Origin: an archaeon
GTDB lineage: Archaea > Nanobdellota > Nanobdellia > Pacearchaeales > GW2011-AR1
DNA: 64,000 bases
Direction of reading: 5' to 3'
Assembly (NCBI GenBank): GCA_030636025.1
Contig: DAOVXQ010000001.1
Location: forward strand, 24,791 to 88,790
The position numbers were made by a program, and so were the translations under genes. This document shows, piece by piece, positions 36,896 to 46,863 of this stretch. How positions within the stretch are numbered: the first letter of the stretch is position 1; the number at the start of each line of letters is the position of its first letter. Under the pieces are notes generated by a model. The model did not search any database. It worked only from the letters and a program-made list of their open reading frames with translations, and had not been told where the DNA came from.

Positions 36896-39694
36896 TTATA
36901 GTTTCCAATCCAAATATTTAGTAGCATCCTTATCTATATATTTTTCTTTAATCTTTTCCTTCCCTGTATATTCAATTTCCCAGATTTTTATTGGTCCCTG
37001 AATTCCTTGATAATAAACAAAGTCAGGAAGATTCATTCCTTGTGCATTTAAATCACCTATAATAAAATTAGGCTCAGTATGAATTAATTTAAAATTAGGA
37101 AAATTATCCAACGGGTCATTTAAAATGTACTTTTGCACCATCATTCCTCTCATTAACCTTGTACTTAAAAACATTGCAGCCCCAATAGAATTTTGAGTTA
37201 ACCCTTGATTGTTTTGATTTATTCTTGGAAAGATATACGCGGCCCCCTCAATTCCAGAACCAAAATCAATAAATTCATTGCCAATAGAAGCATACCTTAG
37301 ATTTTGTTGATATTGCTTGCCATTGTAAACTAAAATAATATACGGCTGTTGAAATGAAATAGCTTCAGTATCTTCTTTTATTGCGGGAAGGATTATTGCA
37401 CCAATACCTGTTTGTTGACCTGGCAACAAAACTTCTTTTCCATTTTCATTTATTATTAGGTCTTCATCTAATGCAATTCCTCCCGGATAAACATAAAGTG
37501 TTTTGTTTTGAGTTTCTTGAGTTTGCTTTTCATCTAATAAAAATGTTCCAATCCAAGAATATTTATCGTAATTTTCATCACTCCCAATACTTGAATAGGC
37601 ACCATATTTTCCAATATCCGAAGAATCAATCAAAAAGTGAGTTGTATTATGATTATATAAAAATTCTAGAGCATCCTCTTGATTATCTCCTGTTAAAACC
37701 TTCCTGCCCATTAAATAATTCCAATAAGTTATTGCATTTCCTCCATCTAAAACAGTAGCCCTATTTCCAATACTTTGCACCCAATACCCATAATCCCACC
37801 AATGACCAAATACTGCATCCTGAGGGGTATCTGTCCTAACCCAATCCATTGCTTTTTGCCATTGCTGATTATAATGGGAAGGAACCATATTATATGCCTG
37901 AATCTTATTTGTTTGATAAAAAGTCCAAAAACTAAATAAACTAGATAATAAAACTAAAATTACAAAAACACCAAGGATAATTTTAATTGTCTCATCTTTA
38001 GTTTTCATAAATTTTTTAATAGAGCCTACAATTAAATAACCAACAAAAATTGAAGCAATAGGCCCTAAAACCATAATTAATCTTACTCCTCCTCTCGCAG
38101 TAAAAACCGTAAATGAAAATAAAACTAACAACAATAAATATTCAAATTTTATTTTTTCAAAGCTTTTATCCTGTTTTTTATAATGCTGAATATAATAATA
38201 GATTAAACCACCAATCAATAATGATGAAGTGCCATAGTAAACAAATTTACTAACAAAATTTTCTCCATTTAAAATACTTGAAGCAGAGTATCTTGAGAAA
38301 ATTAATCCAGATAAAAATAATACGTAAAATCCTGTTAAAATCCAAGCATCTCTATTTTTTATCTTATTAATCATTTTTTTAAACAAAATTACCGAACCAA
38401 TAAAAAACATCCAAAACATTAAGGGAATATTTTTTACAAAAGGTCCAAAACTTGCCCCCCATTCAGTAAAGTAAGGTTGCCTGTTTTCAGCAACAGTAGT
38501 ACTCCATCTACCAGTAATTGGTTTAAAGATTATTCGATGAATTACTTTTACTTTTTCAATAAGAAATCCCGGACCAAAAATTATGGAAGATAAAATAATT
38601 AATAAAATCATTGCAATTATAATTGATATAATATTCTTCGGAAGGTTTATTTTTTCCAAAAATTTATTTTTTGATATTTTTGTATTCCAAATTAGAATGT
38701 GGATTAAAAAAATAAATAAAACTAAAAAGGAAAGACCCGTGTTTAATGAAGTTAACATCCCTTTTAATGTAAATCTATTAGAAAAAATTAACATCATCCC
38801 AAAAGAAAACAAAACCCACAAAGAATAAATAATAAACTCTTTTTTCTTAATTTTATTCAACAAAAAAGCAATTAAACAAGTAATAGATATGGGAATGAAT
38901 AAATAAATAACTAATCCAGAAATCAGCCCCATAAATGCAGTAGTAATTCCCGCCAAAACCCCAAAAATTATTGCAATTTTTAAATTTTTAGATTTCCAAG
39001 CTTTCAAAAATAAATAAAATGTAAGAAACATAAAGAAGAAAGCAGCAGATTCTTTTTCAGGAATTCCTGCAATAGTTCTCGATAAAAAAACTGGAATTAC
39101 AATCATAAAAAAAGTTGAAATTAATGCAATAATGTTTCCTTTAATCTTGCTTTTTTTGGATTTTCTAACAAAAATTTCTCTAACAAAAAGAAAAAATGCT
39201 AGAATTGTTAATGCAAACATTATAACTGGAAAAATTGCTCCTGAAAATTCAATAGGATAATCTCCAAATAAATTAAAAAAATAATGAGTATATGCAATCA
39301 TATAGGGGAGTAGCATAGTTTCTATCGTATTGTCAAATCCAAGTGGAACATTTCTCATAGTATCTATTTTAGGGATTGAACCTGTTTCTACAATACTTTT
39401 AGCTGTCCTTAAAAACAACCACGGGTCTAAATCAGGACCTAATGTCCATGTATTTGTTGTGATGTCCCACAAGCCAGGATTCCCTCCATGGTCGTGCATT
39501 GGCATACTTCGAATATAAACTCCTAAAATAATCGCAATAATCAAAAATCCAATAACCCAAACCCAGGGTTTTTTAACAAATTTCAAAAATTTTTCTTTTC
39601 TTTCCTGAATCAAATCCTCTGTTTTTTCAATATTACTTTCTGTAGAAATATCTTTAACAATCCCAAAATCATTATTTATATTATTTTCTTCCAT
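36896..39694 (-). CDS. aglB: Archaeal oligosaccharyltransferase AglB (STT3 family)
   Basis: 932 aa with an N-terminal multi-TM domain. WWDYGYW matches the WWDYG catalytic motif. Confidence 0.85.
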   Translation of the reverse strand: MEENNINNDFGIVKDISTESNIEKTEDLIQERKEKFLKFVKKPWVWVIGFLIIAIILGVYIRSMPMHDHGGNPGLWDITTNTWTLGPDLDPWLFLRTAKSIVETGSIPKIDTMRNVPLGFDNTIETMLLPYMIAYTHYFFNLFGDYPIEFSGAIFPVIMFALTILAFFLFVREIFVRKSKKSKIKGNIIALISTFFMIVIPVFLSRTIAGIPEKESAAFFFMFLTFYLFLKAWKSKNLKIAIIFGVLAGITTAFMGLISGLVIYLFIPISITCLIAFLLNKIKKKEFIIYSLWVLFSFGMMLIFSNRFTLKGMLTSLNTGLSFLVLFIFLIHILIWNTKISKNKFLEKINLPKNIISIIIAMILLIILSSIIFGPGFLIEKVKVIHRIIFKPITGRWSTTVAENRQPYFTEWGASFGPFVKNIPLMFWMFFIGSVILFKKMINKIKNRDAWILTGFYVLFLSGLIFSRYSASSILNGENFVSKFVYYGTSSLLIGGLIYYYIQHYKKQDKSFEKIKFEYLLLLVLFSFTVFTARGGVRLIMVLGPIASIFVGYLIVGSIKKFMKTKDETIKIILGVFVILVLLSSLFSFWTFYQTNKIQAYNMVPSHYNQQWQKAMDWVRTDTPQDAVFGHWWDYGYWVQSIGNRATVLDGGNAITYWNYLMGRKVLTGDNQEDALEFLYNHNTTHFLIDSSDIGKYGAYSSIGSDENYDKYSWIGTFLLDEKQTQETQNKTLYVYPGGIALDEDLIINENGKEVLLPGQQTGIGAIILPAIKEDTEAISFQQPYIILVYNGKQYQQNLRYASIGNEFIDFGSGIEGAAYIFPRINQNNQGLTQNSIGAAMFLSTRLMRGMMVQKYILNDPLDNFPNFKLIHTEPNFIIGDLNAQGMNLPDFVYYQGIQGPIKIWEIEYTGKEKIKEKYIDKDATKYLDWKL

Positions 39695-39696
39695 AA

Positions 39697-39843
39697 TTAA
39701 TTCTCCAACAACCTTCCAACTTCCTCTAACAACTCAGAAGCATTTTTTTCTTTTATAAGAGTTTCCATGCCACAATACGGACAATCCTTAGGATTCTCAG
39801 TTTCAAATCTATAATTACAGTTTGTGCATATCCACTTTTTCAT
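39697..39843 (-). CDS. Small zinc-ribbon protein (48 aa, two CxxC pairs), not in the supplied ORF track
   Basis: Reverse-strand ORF MKKWICTNCNYRFETENPKDCPYCGMETLIKEKNASELLEEVGRLLEN. It ends 2 nt before the aglB start. Confidence 0.35.
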   Translation of the reverse strand: MKKWICTNCNYRFETENPKDCPYCGMETLIKEKNASELLEEVGRLLEN

Positions 39844-39883
39844 ATTCTTTTTAAATTTTAATAGGTTTTAAAGCTTTTTGTAT

Positions 39884-40750
39884 TTAAAACAACACCGGCG
39901 TAACAAAGACTTCTATGAGTGCAGCAACAAATAATAACACTACTGCAACAATAACTAAATTTAATGAATCCTGAAGTATGACCCAAAACTTTTCCGAGTG
40001 AACATCATGTTTAATTACAGCAATGCTAATAATTCCTCCGGCTAATGCTCCTGCAAAATAAGAACCAATTTCAGGAATTCCATGTATCATGTAACGGGCA
40101 AGCCCTAAAGGAAGATTTGCTAAATTAGATTTTGAGAAAATTCCGATTGCGGCCGCGATTACACTTGCATTCCATGCCAAAATAAAAATCGCTCCTGCCC
40201 CAAAAATCAATGAAAAGACAAGGGTAAAAATCAAGACATAAATATTATTTGCGAAGATATTCACAATTTTTTCTTTTGCAGTCAAAAAAGCAGTTGTCCT
40301 TGAAACATGCTCCACACCATATTCCGTAACACACTCGTCAAAAAAAGCCGGCTTATTTATCATACAATAAGTTTCAATCTGGGCGATAAAATTCTGATTT
40401 CCCGACGGGAACACAATATACCAAAATGAAAATGCAACAACCAACCCTAAAAACAAAAACATAAATGAATAAATAGCTTTATTGTGCTCTAATAAAAGTC
40501 TTTTAAATCCTTGAATCTGTAAATCTTTTTCCTCTTCAAATTTTAAAGTATAATAAATAAATGGGATTGTAAACATAACACAAAAAGTAACAACCAAAAT
40601 CCCTGAATATTTTGAAAGAACAGGGTCCCCTGAAAAAATCCATTTAACTAAAAGCAACGAGATAGTTCCATAAAACGCTCCAACAAAAAACATCTCCCAC
40701 GGATTTTTTTCAGCCTTTGCAGGGTTAATCAACATTTCTAACATAAACAA
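39884..40750 (-). CDS. Integral membrane protein, function unknown
   Basis: 288 aa with multiple hydrophobic segments. Confidence 0.35.
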   Translation of the reverse strand: MFMLEMLINPAKAEKNPWEMFFVGAFYGTISLLLVKWIFSGDPVLSKYSGILVVTFCVMFTIPFIYYTLKFEEEKDLQIQGFKRLLLEHNKAIYSFMFLFLGLVVAFSFWYIVFPSGNQNFIAQIETYCMINKPAFFDECVTEYGVEHVSRTTAFLTAKEKIVNIFANNIYVLIFTLVFSLIFGAGAIFILAWNASVIAAAIGIFSKSNLANLPLGLARYMIHGIPEIGSYFAGALAGGIISIAVIKHDVHSEKFWVILQDSLNLVIVAVVLLFVAALIEVFVTPVLF

Positions 40751-40859
40751 TACCTCTCTAACATTCTTTTTTCCTCATTATAAAAATGAATTTATCTTTT
40801 TTAAATATATAGATTTCAACACATTTTTATACTATTTAAACCTATTAATAAAAAAGATA

Positions 40860-41678
40860 ATGGACAAACAAAAACAATTCAATAAAATTTGTAAAGACAT
40901 TAAATCTATAAAAATTCAGGGAGCTAAAAATGTCGCAATAGCTGGTTTTAAGGCATACAAATTAATTCCAACAAAAAAATCAAAACAAAAAATTATTTCT
41001 CTCAGACCAACAGAACCAATGCTGATTAATCTTTTAAATAATGCAGACAAATTATCTCATCAGCAAATTCTCAATCACTTAAACAAAACTCAAAAAACAA
41101 TCAACAAAGAAGTTTTAAAATTAATTAAAAATAATTATGTAATTTTTACTCACTGTCATTCTTCATCGGTTGTTCAGGCATTAATTAATGCAAAGAAAAA
41201 AAAGAAATTTGAAGTTTACAACACAGAAACTCGCCCATTATATCAGGGAAGAAAAACTGCAAGAGAATTAAAAAAAGCAGGAATTAAAGTTACTAATTTT
41301 ATTGATTCTGCATTAAATATAGCATTAACTAAATCTCAGAAAACAAAAGATGTAAACATTATTTTTCTTGGAGCCGACGCTGTTTTGAAAAAAGGAGTGA
41401 TAAATAAAATCGGCAGTGGACTAATTGGCAAACTTGCAAAATTAGAAAAAATACCTGTTTACATTTTGGCCAACTCTTGGAAATATTTTCCAAAAAATAT
41501 AAAAATAGAACAAAGAAATTTTAAAGAAGTTTGGGAAAATGCACCAAAAAATATTAAGATAAAAAATCCCGCATTTGAATTAATTAAAAAGAAATATATT
41601 AGGGGAATTATTTCAGAATTTGGAATTTTATCTTACAAAGATTTTTTAAAACAAGTTAAAAAAAGAAAGATTGAATAA
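40860..41678 (+). CDS. eIF-2B alpha/beta/delta-family protein (aIF-2BI / candidate ribose-1,5-bisphosphate isomerase)
   Basis: VIFTHCHSSSV...IIFLGADAVLKKGVINKIGSG...IPVYILANSWK shows the IF-2B family architecture. 272 aa. Confidence 0.55.
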   Translation: MDKQKQFNKICKDIKSIKIQGAKNVAIAGFKAYKLIPTKKSKQKIISLRPTEPMLINLLNNADKLSHQQILNHLNKTQKTINKEVLKLIKNNYVIFTHCHSSSVVQALINAKKKKKFEVYNTETRPLYQGRKTARELKKAGIKVTNFIDSALNIALTKSQKTKDVNIIFLGADAVLKKGVINKIGSGLIGKLAKLEKIPVYILANSWKYFPKNIKIEQRNFKEVWENAPKNIKIKNPAFELIKKKYIRGIISEFGILSYKDFLKQVKKRKIE

Positions 41679-42071
41679 TTAATTCTTTTTCATAAGCACA
41701 TTACTCATCTCAGTTTGCAAAATTTCAACCCTGCCAAGAATTTCCTGTTTGGCAACAATTAGTTTTTTTACCTGCTCATCAATTATTTCTTTCGCTTCAG
41801 GAATAGTTTTTTTAACCAAATTTTTATTTCCAATTTCCACTAAAAGTTCTTTATTTTTAATTTCCGCAGGAATATAAATTCCCTTGCCAATATTCGCAAG
41901 AATTTCTTTATTCTCTGATTTTTCTAATTCATCCAAACCACTCTTCAACTGTTCCATATCTTCAAGATGCTGCGTAATTAATTGCAATTGTTGTTCCAAC
42001 TGGCGTGCTTCCTGCTCCATCATCTGCAATTGTATCAAATGCTCTTGATTTTCTTCTACCATATTAAACAA
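41679..42071 (-). CDS. pfdA: Prefoldin alpha subunit
   Basis: 130 aa. A coiled-coil is followed by two beta-hairpins (GKGIYIPAEI ... LLVEIGNKNLV) and a second coiled-coil. Confidence 0.5.
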   Translation of the reverse strand: MFNMVEENQEHLIQLQMMEQEARQLEQQLQLITQHLEDMEQLKSGLDELEKSENKEILANIGKGIYIPAEIKNKELLVEIGNKNLVKKTIPEAKEIIDEQVKKLIVAKQEILGRVEILQTEMSNVLMKKN

Positions 42072-42112
42072 AAAAATAAAAGCTTTTTAAACTTATTTGT
42101 TATTAAAATTCA

Positions 42113-42541
42113 ATGCTAAAAAAGACAATCTCTCTTTTTGAGAAACATAATAAACTTTCATGGGCAATAACCATCTTAATAGCAATAACAATCTTTTATA
42201 TCTCTTCAATTACTTTTGAGTTTAGTGAAGTTCAAACATTGAACATAAAATCTTATCTTTATCACTTTTTCGCATTTTTCTTTCTCTGTTTTTTTCTTTT
42301 AATCTCAATGATAAAGGGAAATGAAAACAAAAAATTAATTATTTTAGGGATTATATTAGCGATTTTATATGGAATCTCCGACGAGATTCATCAATTTTTT
42401 GTTTCAGGAAGAGCTTGTTGTTTGGAAGATGTTTTAACAAATTCTATGGGAATTTTATTAGCTGGAGGATTTTATTTATTTAGGTTAAGAAAAAATAATT
42501 CACTGCAACTTGAAAACCTTTCTCAAAACAATGCTAAATAA
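42113..42541 (+). CDS. VanZ-like membrane protein
   Basis: GISDEIHQFFVSGRACCLED resembles the VanZ signature D-E-x-H-Q. Confidence 0.45.
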   Translation: MLKKTISLFEKHNKLSWAITILIAITIFYISSITFEFSEVQTLNIKSYLYHFFAFFFLCFFLLISMIKGNENKKLIILGIILAILYGISDEIHQFFVSGRACCLEDVLTNSMGILLAGGFYLFRLRKNNSLQLENLSQNNAK

Positions 42542-42898
42542 CATTGAAAATCCAATATAATACCATATCCAGTGAGGGAGAATATCTACAAATGTCCCTC
42601 TCAACCATTTAAATAAAATCAACAAAGGAATAATCGTAATAATCATTGGTTTAAAGGATTGCTTCATTTGTTCAGGCAAGTCCTCCATCATCTGTTTATT
42701 CAGTTCCATAACTTTCTGCGGATTGTCCTTGCATTTTTTCATTTCCCCTCTGAGAAATTTCTGCTTATCCTTTAATTCCTTCATCCTTTTTTTATCAGTC
42801 ATAAAATGTGTAACAATTGTTATAAAAAGAGTTACAAAAAAAGATAGAATCATAAGTCCAACAAGAGGATTATTTTGAATAAAATTTGTGATGTCCAT
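42500..42898 (-). CDS. DUF106/archaeal Oxa1-YidC-like membrane insertase homolog
   Basis: A TM segment is followed by a charged coiled-coil (KELKDKQKFLRGEMKKCKD...) and further TM segments. It occupies the conserved position downstream of secY. Confidence 0.45.
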   Translation of the reverse strand: MDITNFIQNNPLVGLMILSFFVTLFITIVTHFMTDKKRMKELKDKQKFLRGEMKKCKDNPQKVMELNKQMMEDLPEQMKQSFKPMIITIIPLLILFKWLRGTFVDILPHWIWYYIGFSMLFSIVLRKVFKLQ

Positions 42899-42934
42899 TT
42901 TATTATCAATCTTTTTTAGTTTTTAAATCTATTT

Positions 42935-44308
42935 TTAAACACCCATCATTTTTTTCATAGCTGGATTCATATCCATTTGATGTTGTTCAACGATTTTTTG
43001 ATAAAACTGGAATATAATCATAATTCCTAATAATAATGAAGTCCCGCCTGTCAAAGTTCCAAGAACATTTGCAGAAGACGCCAGCAACCCAATAGCCAAA
43101 CCACCCATTACAGTTAAAGGCAAAACATATCTTGCTAAAATTGATTCTAAAATTCTTTCATCTTTTCTAAATCCAGGAATCTGCAACCCTGATTTCAAAA
43201 TATTTTGTGCCTGACTTGATGCATCCATCCCCGAAGTTTTAACCCAGAATATTGAAAAAACTGCAGCTAAAAACATGTAAAAGAGAATATGCCCTAATGT
43301 CTGAAACAAATACACCCATCTCCAACTACCACTTATTATTGCCCCAACAATATTTGTTGAAGAAATCCAAAACAAAAATCCAGAAACAGGCCTCCCATTA
43401 ACAACTTCTCCTAAAAAACTTGGATGCCCTAACCAATTCTGTAACAAACCCCCAAACAATTGCAAATTAGCAACTAATGCTGCAACTAAAATAACCGGAA
43501 TTACCGACGCATAAAAAAACTGCAAAGGCCATTTCATTGTATATCCTCTTAATCTATCGTAACTTAATGGAATTTCAATTTTCAATGACTGAGCCCACAC
43601 AACTGCTAAAAATAATATAACTGTTGCAAGAATTGCTGCCAATGCCAACATTGCTCCTTGAGAATCTGCATGCATTATACTAACAACAAAAGCCCAAACC
43701 TTTCCTGTTGGTTGCAATCCTCCTGCAATCCCTTCTGTCCCTAAAAATCCAAATCCTGCAGTAAACAATCTCCAACCAACTCCTGCGGCAATAAACAAAC
43801 TAACACCAGAACCAAACCCCCATTTGTTACATAATTCATCCATAAATAATATCACCAGCCCACCTAAAATTAATTGCACAATAACTATCCCTGTAAAACC
43901 TACATTAGCTTTAATTCCGCCCATTAAAACATAAATCAATGCTTCAAAAATTATAAAAAAGAAAACTAATAATTTCTGCAAACCCTGAAAAAATTTTTTC
44001 CCTTCTTCAGTAGATGTGTCAATATCTAAAATCTTGCTTCCAACTAATAATTGCAAAATAATAGAAGCCATTACAATCGGTCCAATACCCAGCGAGATTA
44101 TAGAACCAAAACTCGTCCCCATAATTACAGCCAAATATTCAAATTGGTCTAAAAATCCCGGGTCAGCCCCGTAAAGTGCAATATTTGACAAAACAAAAAA
44201 CGAAACAAGAACAATCAGAGTCCATTTTAATTTAATATTAAATCCCAGCTTCTTTTCAACAGGTCCTTTCACTTCAGGAAGATTTTTTAATATGTCTCTA
44301 AATTCCAT
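42935..44308 (-). CDS. secY: Preprotein translocase subunit SecY
   Basis: 457 aa with 10 TM segments, directly downstream of uL15. Confidence 0.9.
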   Translation of the reverse strand: MEFRDILKNLPEVKGPVEKKLGFNIKLKWTLIVLVSFFVLSNIALYGADPGFLDQFEYLAVIMGTSFGSIISLGIGPIVMASIILQLLVGSKILDIDTSTEEGKKFFQGLQKLLVFFFIIFEALIYVLMGGIKANVGFTGIVIVQLILGGLVILFMDELCNKWGFGSGVSLFIAAGVGWRLFTAGFGFLGTEGIAGGLQPTGKVWAFVVSIMHADSQGAMLALAAILATVILFLAVVWAQSLKIEIPLSYDRLRGYTMKWPLQFFYASVIPVILVAALVANLQLFGGLLQNWLGHPSFLGEVVNGRPVSGFLFWISSTNIVGAIISGSWRWVYLFQTLGHILFYMFLAAVFSIFWVKTSGMDASSQAQNILKSGLQIPGFRKDERILESILARYVLPLTVMGGLAIGLLASSANVLGTLTGGTSLLLGIMIIFQFYQKIVEQHQMDMNPAMKKMMGV

Positions 44309-44350
44309 TTTTATTTATCGAGATTTAACTTTTTAAAACCAATGAAGAAA

Positions 44351-44818
44351 TTATTTTTCATTTTCAACTTTCCCCTTTTTCTGATTACCTTTAATTTTAA
44401 AAATAATTGCCTGCCCCCCTGCTTTTTCAATTTTCTCTTTAGCAGATTTTGTAAATCCTTGAGCAGTAATATTTAATTTCTCCTTAATCTCTCCTTCTCC
44501 AAGAATTTTTTTATCCTTAAGAATAACTTCTCCTTTCTTCGCCAATTGTTTAATATTTTTTTGAATATCTCTCAAATTAACCACCGGAATTTTCTTTTTC
44601 TTAGCATGCAAACTTGTAATTCCTTTTTTCCCAAAATATTTGTTTCCATATTTTTTAATAATTAATGATTTTTTATGGTCTGCCCTTTTACCTGTTCCAG
44701 CCATTCCTTTTCCACCCTTATGTCCTTTCCCCATATGTTTTTTTCTTGCACCCCAACCATGATTAGTTTGCCCTCGCTGTCCTACAGATTTTTTAGTTTT
44801 TTTAGTTCTAACTACCAT
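44351..44818 (-). CDS. rpl15: Ribosomal protein uL15
   Basis: Gly/Lys-rich N-terminus KGHKGGKGMAGTGKR. Confidence 0.85.
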   Translation of the reverse strand: MVVRTKKTKKSVGQRGQTNHGWGARKKHMGKGHKGGKGMAGTGKRADHKKSLIIKKYGNKYFGKKGITSLHAKKKKIPVVNLRDIQKNIKQLAKKGEVILKDKKILGEGEIKEKLNITAQGFTKSAKEKIEKAGGQAIIFKIKGNQKKGKVENEK

Positions 44819-44819
44819 A

Positions 44820-45161
44820 TTATACTCTTGCCATTTTTAATTGTTTATTTAAATCTGAATAATTTTCATTTTCTTTTGTATAAATATGCATCCCCAAAGA
44901 TTTTTGTTCAAAAAGGCCTGTTTGGAGATTATATTCGTCTTTTCCCCTATAAACTCTCTCTATAGTTTCTCCACTTCTTCTTAAAGTTGTTATACCTCCA
45001 CAAAAATCTACTACTTTTACTACTAATTCATCTCCTTCCTTAAAATTATTTTGTTCATTTAATACTAATATGTCTCCTTCAATTATTTCTACTAATGAAA
45101 TATTTGGAGCTAATTTAATTCTTTTAGGCTGGGTTCGTTTTTGATGTTTAATTTTTTTCAT
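44820..45161 (-). CDS. Hypothetical 113-aa protein inserted between uL30 and uL15
   Basis: Tightly packed ORF whose stop and start abut the neighbouring genes. It has a basic N-terminus. No family recognised. Confidence 0.35.
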   Translation of the reverse strand: MKKIKHQKRTQPKRIKLAPNISLVEIIEGDILVLNEQNNFKEGDELVVKVVDFCGGITTLRRSGETIERVYRGKDEYNLQTGLFEQKSLGMHIYTKENENYSDLNKQLKMARV

Positions 45162-45613
45162 TATAGCATCCTCCCAACTAATTTATTTATATCTTTTTTA
45201 TTATTTCCTAAAACACCTTTAGGATATTGCAATTTGCTTTTAATCCCCTTACGAGGTGGGTGCAATCTAAAAAAGGGCTTTAATCCTAAATCTTTTAATG
45301 TCTTTCCAGCAATCAAACTCTCTGCAATCTTTTCTGCTCCTTCAATTTTCTTCCCTCCAATTTTTAATCCCCGAGCCTTTAATAATTCAACAAGAGTTTT
45401 TTCATCTATTTCTCCATATGCAATATAATATTTTACTTTTTTAATAAACCCGAGAATATCTTTCGTTGGTTTCACGATAACACAAGAATATTTTCGCCTT
45501 AATTTTAATCTATAAAGGGCATTTTCAATATCTTCATTTACCTTTACCATCCCTGAAATTCTAATTATAACAATCAAATTTTCATTTTTTGTTTCTTTAT
45601 TTTTCTCTGCCAT
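45161..45613 (-). CDS. rpl30: Ribosomal protein uL30
   Basis: LIVIIRISGMVKV...L is L30-like. The probable start is MAEKN at 45613; the track extends it to 45658. Confidence 0.8.
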   Translation of the reverse strand: MAEKNKETKNENLIVIIRISGMVKVNEDIENALYRLKLRRKYSCVIVKPTKDILGFIKKVKYYIAYGEIDEKTLVELLKARGLKIGGKKIEGAEKIAESLIAGKTLKDLGLKPFFRLHPPRKGIKSKLQYPKGVLGNNKKDINKLVGRML

Positions 45614-45647
45614 TTTGTTTTTTATTATTTTTCTAGGAGATAGTTTT

Positions 45648-46391
45648 TTACATATCATTAGTTTTATTTAAAGCATTCATACAAGCTTTTGCTAAATTGA
45701 ATGTTGTTCTTATCTTGCCATTAGTAACACTATAAACATCTTTAATACCTGCGGCCTTTAAAATTTTTTTGCATTCATTTCCAATAACTAATCCCGTTCC
45801 CTGGGGTGCAGGCATTAATTTTACTTTACAACTCCCTGATTTTCCTTCGACAATAAACGGAACAGTATGTTCCTCCCCGCAAGTGCAGTCAAAACTCCCA
45901 CATCCCATTTTAATTTTATGAACATTTAATTTTGCTTTTCTTAATGCCTTGGCTCTTGCAGGCAAAGTCTCTTTTGCCTTTCCAGAATCAAGCCCAACAT
46001 ATCCCTTGCCATTTCCAACAACAACCATGCACGAAAATTTAGGAACATTTCCCTCTTTTGTTTTCTTTTGAGTTTGTCTCCACGCCCTTCTTTTTCCCCC
46101 GCCAAATTTCCCCTTCGCCTGTCCAATATTAAGCACATCGGATTTCAGATTCAAAATAGTATCAATTATTTCAGATTCAAGAACCTTGAACTTCAAAATT
46201 TCATCTATATTTTTAATTTTTCCAGCCATAACAAGTTTTCCTAATTTTGTCTTCGGATTCCATTTTGCAAGATGGTCTGCATGTTCCTGAGCAAGCCGTT
46301 CCTCTCTGGCTTTTTCTATCTCTGCCTTTGTTCTCTTTTGGAATTTTTTCTGAAATGTTCTTTGTTCTCTTGCCATTTTATTTTGATTCAA
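45648..46391 (-). CDS. rps5: Ribosomal protein uS5
   Basis: S5 dsRBD and C-terminal domain motifs (VVVGNGKGYVGLDSGKA). Confidence 0.9.
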   Translation of the reverse strand: MNQNKMAREQRTFQKKFQKRTKAEIEKAREERLAQEHADHLAKWNPKTKLGKLVMAGKIKNIDEILKFKVLESEIIDTILNLKSDVLNIGQAKGKFGGGKRRAWRQTQKKTKEGNVPKFSCMVVVGNGKGYVGLDSGKAKETLPARAKALRKAKLNVHKIKMGCGSFDCTCGEEHTVPFIVEGKSGSCKVKLMPAPQGTGLVIGNECKKILKAAGIKDVYSVTNGKIRTTFNLAKACMNALNKTNDM

Positions 46392-46863
46392 TCTCCTTCT
46401 TTACTTTCTCAAAAATATCTTTAACATTAGTATTTTCACCAGCAATTCTTTCCTCAGAGGGAATCACACCCTCCCCATATTTTATATTTATCCCTGCATC
46501 TGCAACACCTTTAACAACAGCATAAATCCTCGAACCTTTTGTATTTGGAATTAATCCACTATCTAAAATAACTTTCTCTTTCAGACCTTTTGCTTTTTTT
46601 CCTAATAATAGCCCTCCAAGATAAGCCGCAGGCAAAGATTTTAAACTTCCTTTTTTATCTTCAGACCAGCCATATTTTGACAACTCTTTTGTATTAACCG
46701 AATATTTCACAAAATCCTGCGCATGTTTGCTCCCAACAATTTGAACTATCAAATATTTATTAGTTTTTCTAACAACTAATCTCAGATTTCCGCCTTTAAG
46801 TAAAATCAATCTTTTAGTATAATTCGTCTTACTTTGCAATCTTCGTTTTTTGTCTAGTTTCAT
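46378..46863 (-). CDS. rpl18: Ribosomal protein uL18
   Basis: RRLQSKTNYTKRLILLKGGNLRLVVRKTNKYLIVQIV. Confidence 0.85.
   Translation of the reverse strand: MKLDKKRRLQSKTNYTKRLILLKGGNLRLVVRKTNKYLIVQIVGSKHAQDFVKYSVNTKELSKYGWSEDKKGSLKSLPAAYLGGLLLGKKAKGLKEKVILDSGLIPNTKGSRIYAVVKGVADAGINIKYGEGVIPSEERIAGENTNVKDIFEKVKKEIESK

Noticed and set aside
40860-41678. A firm assignment as ribose-1,5-bisphosphate isomerase.
   Set aside because: At 272 aa it is shorter than characterised R15P isomerases and equally consistent with aIF-2B or MtnA-like paralogs. I kept it at family level only.
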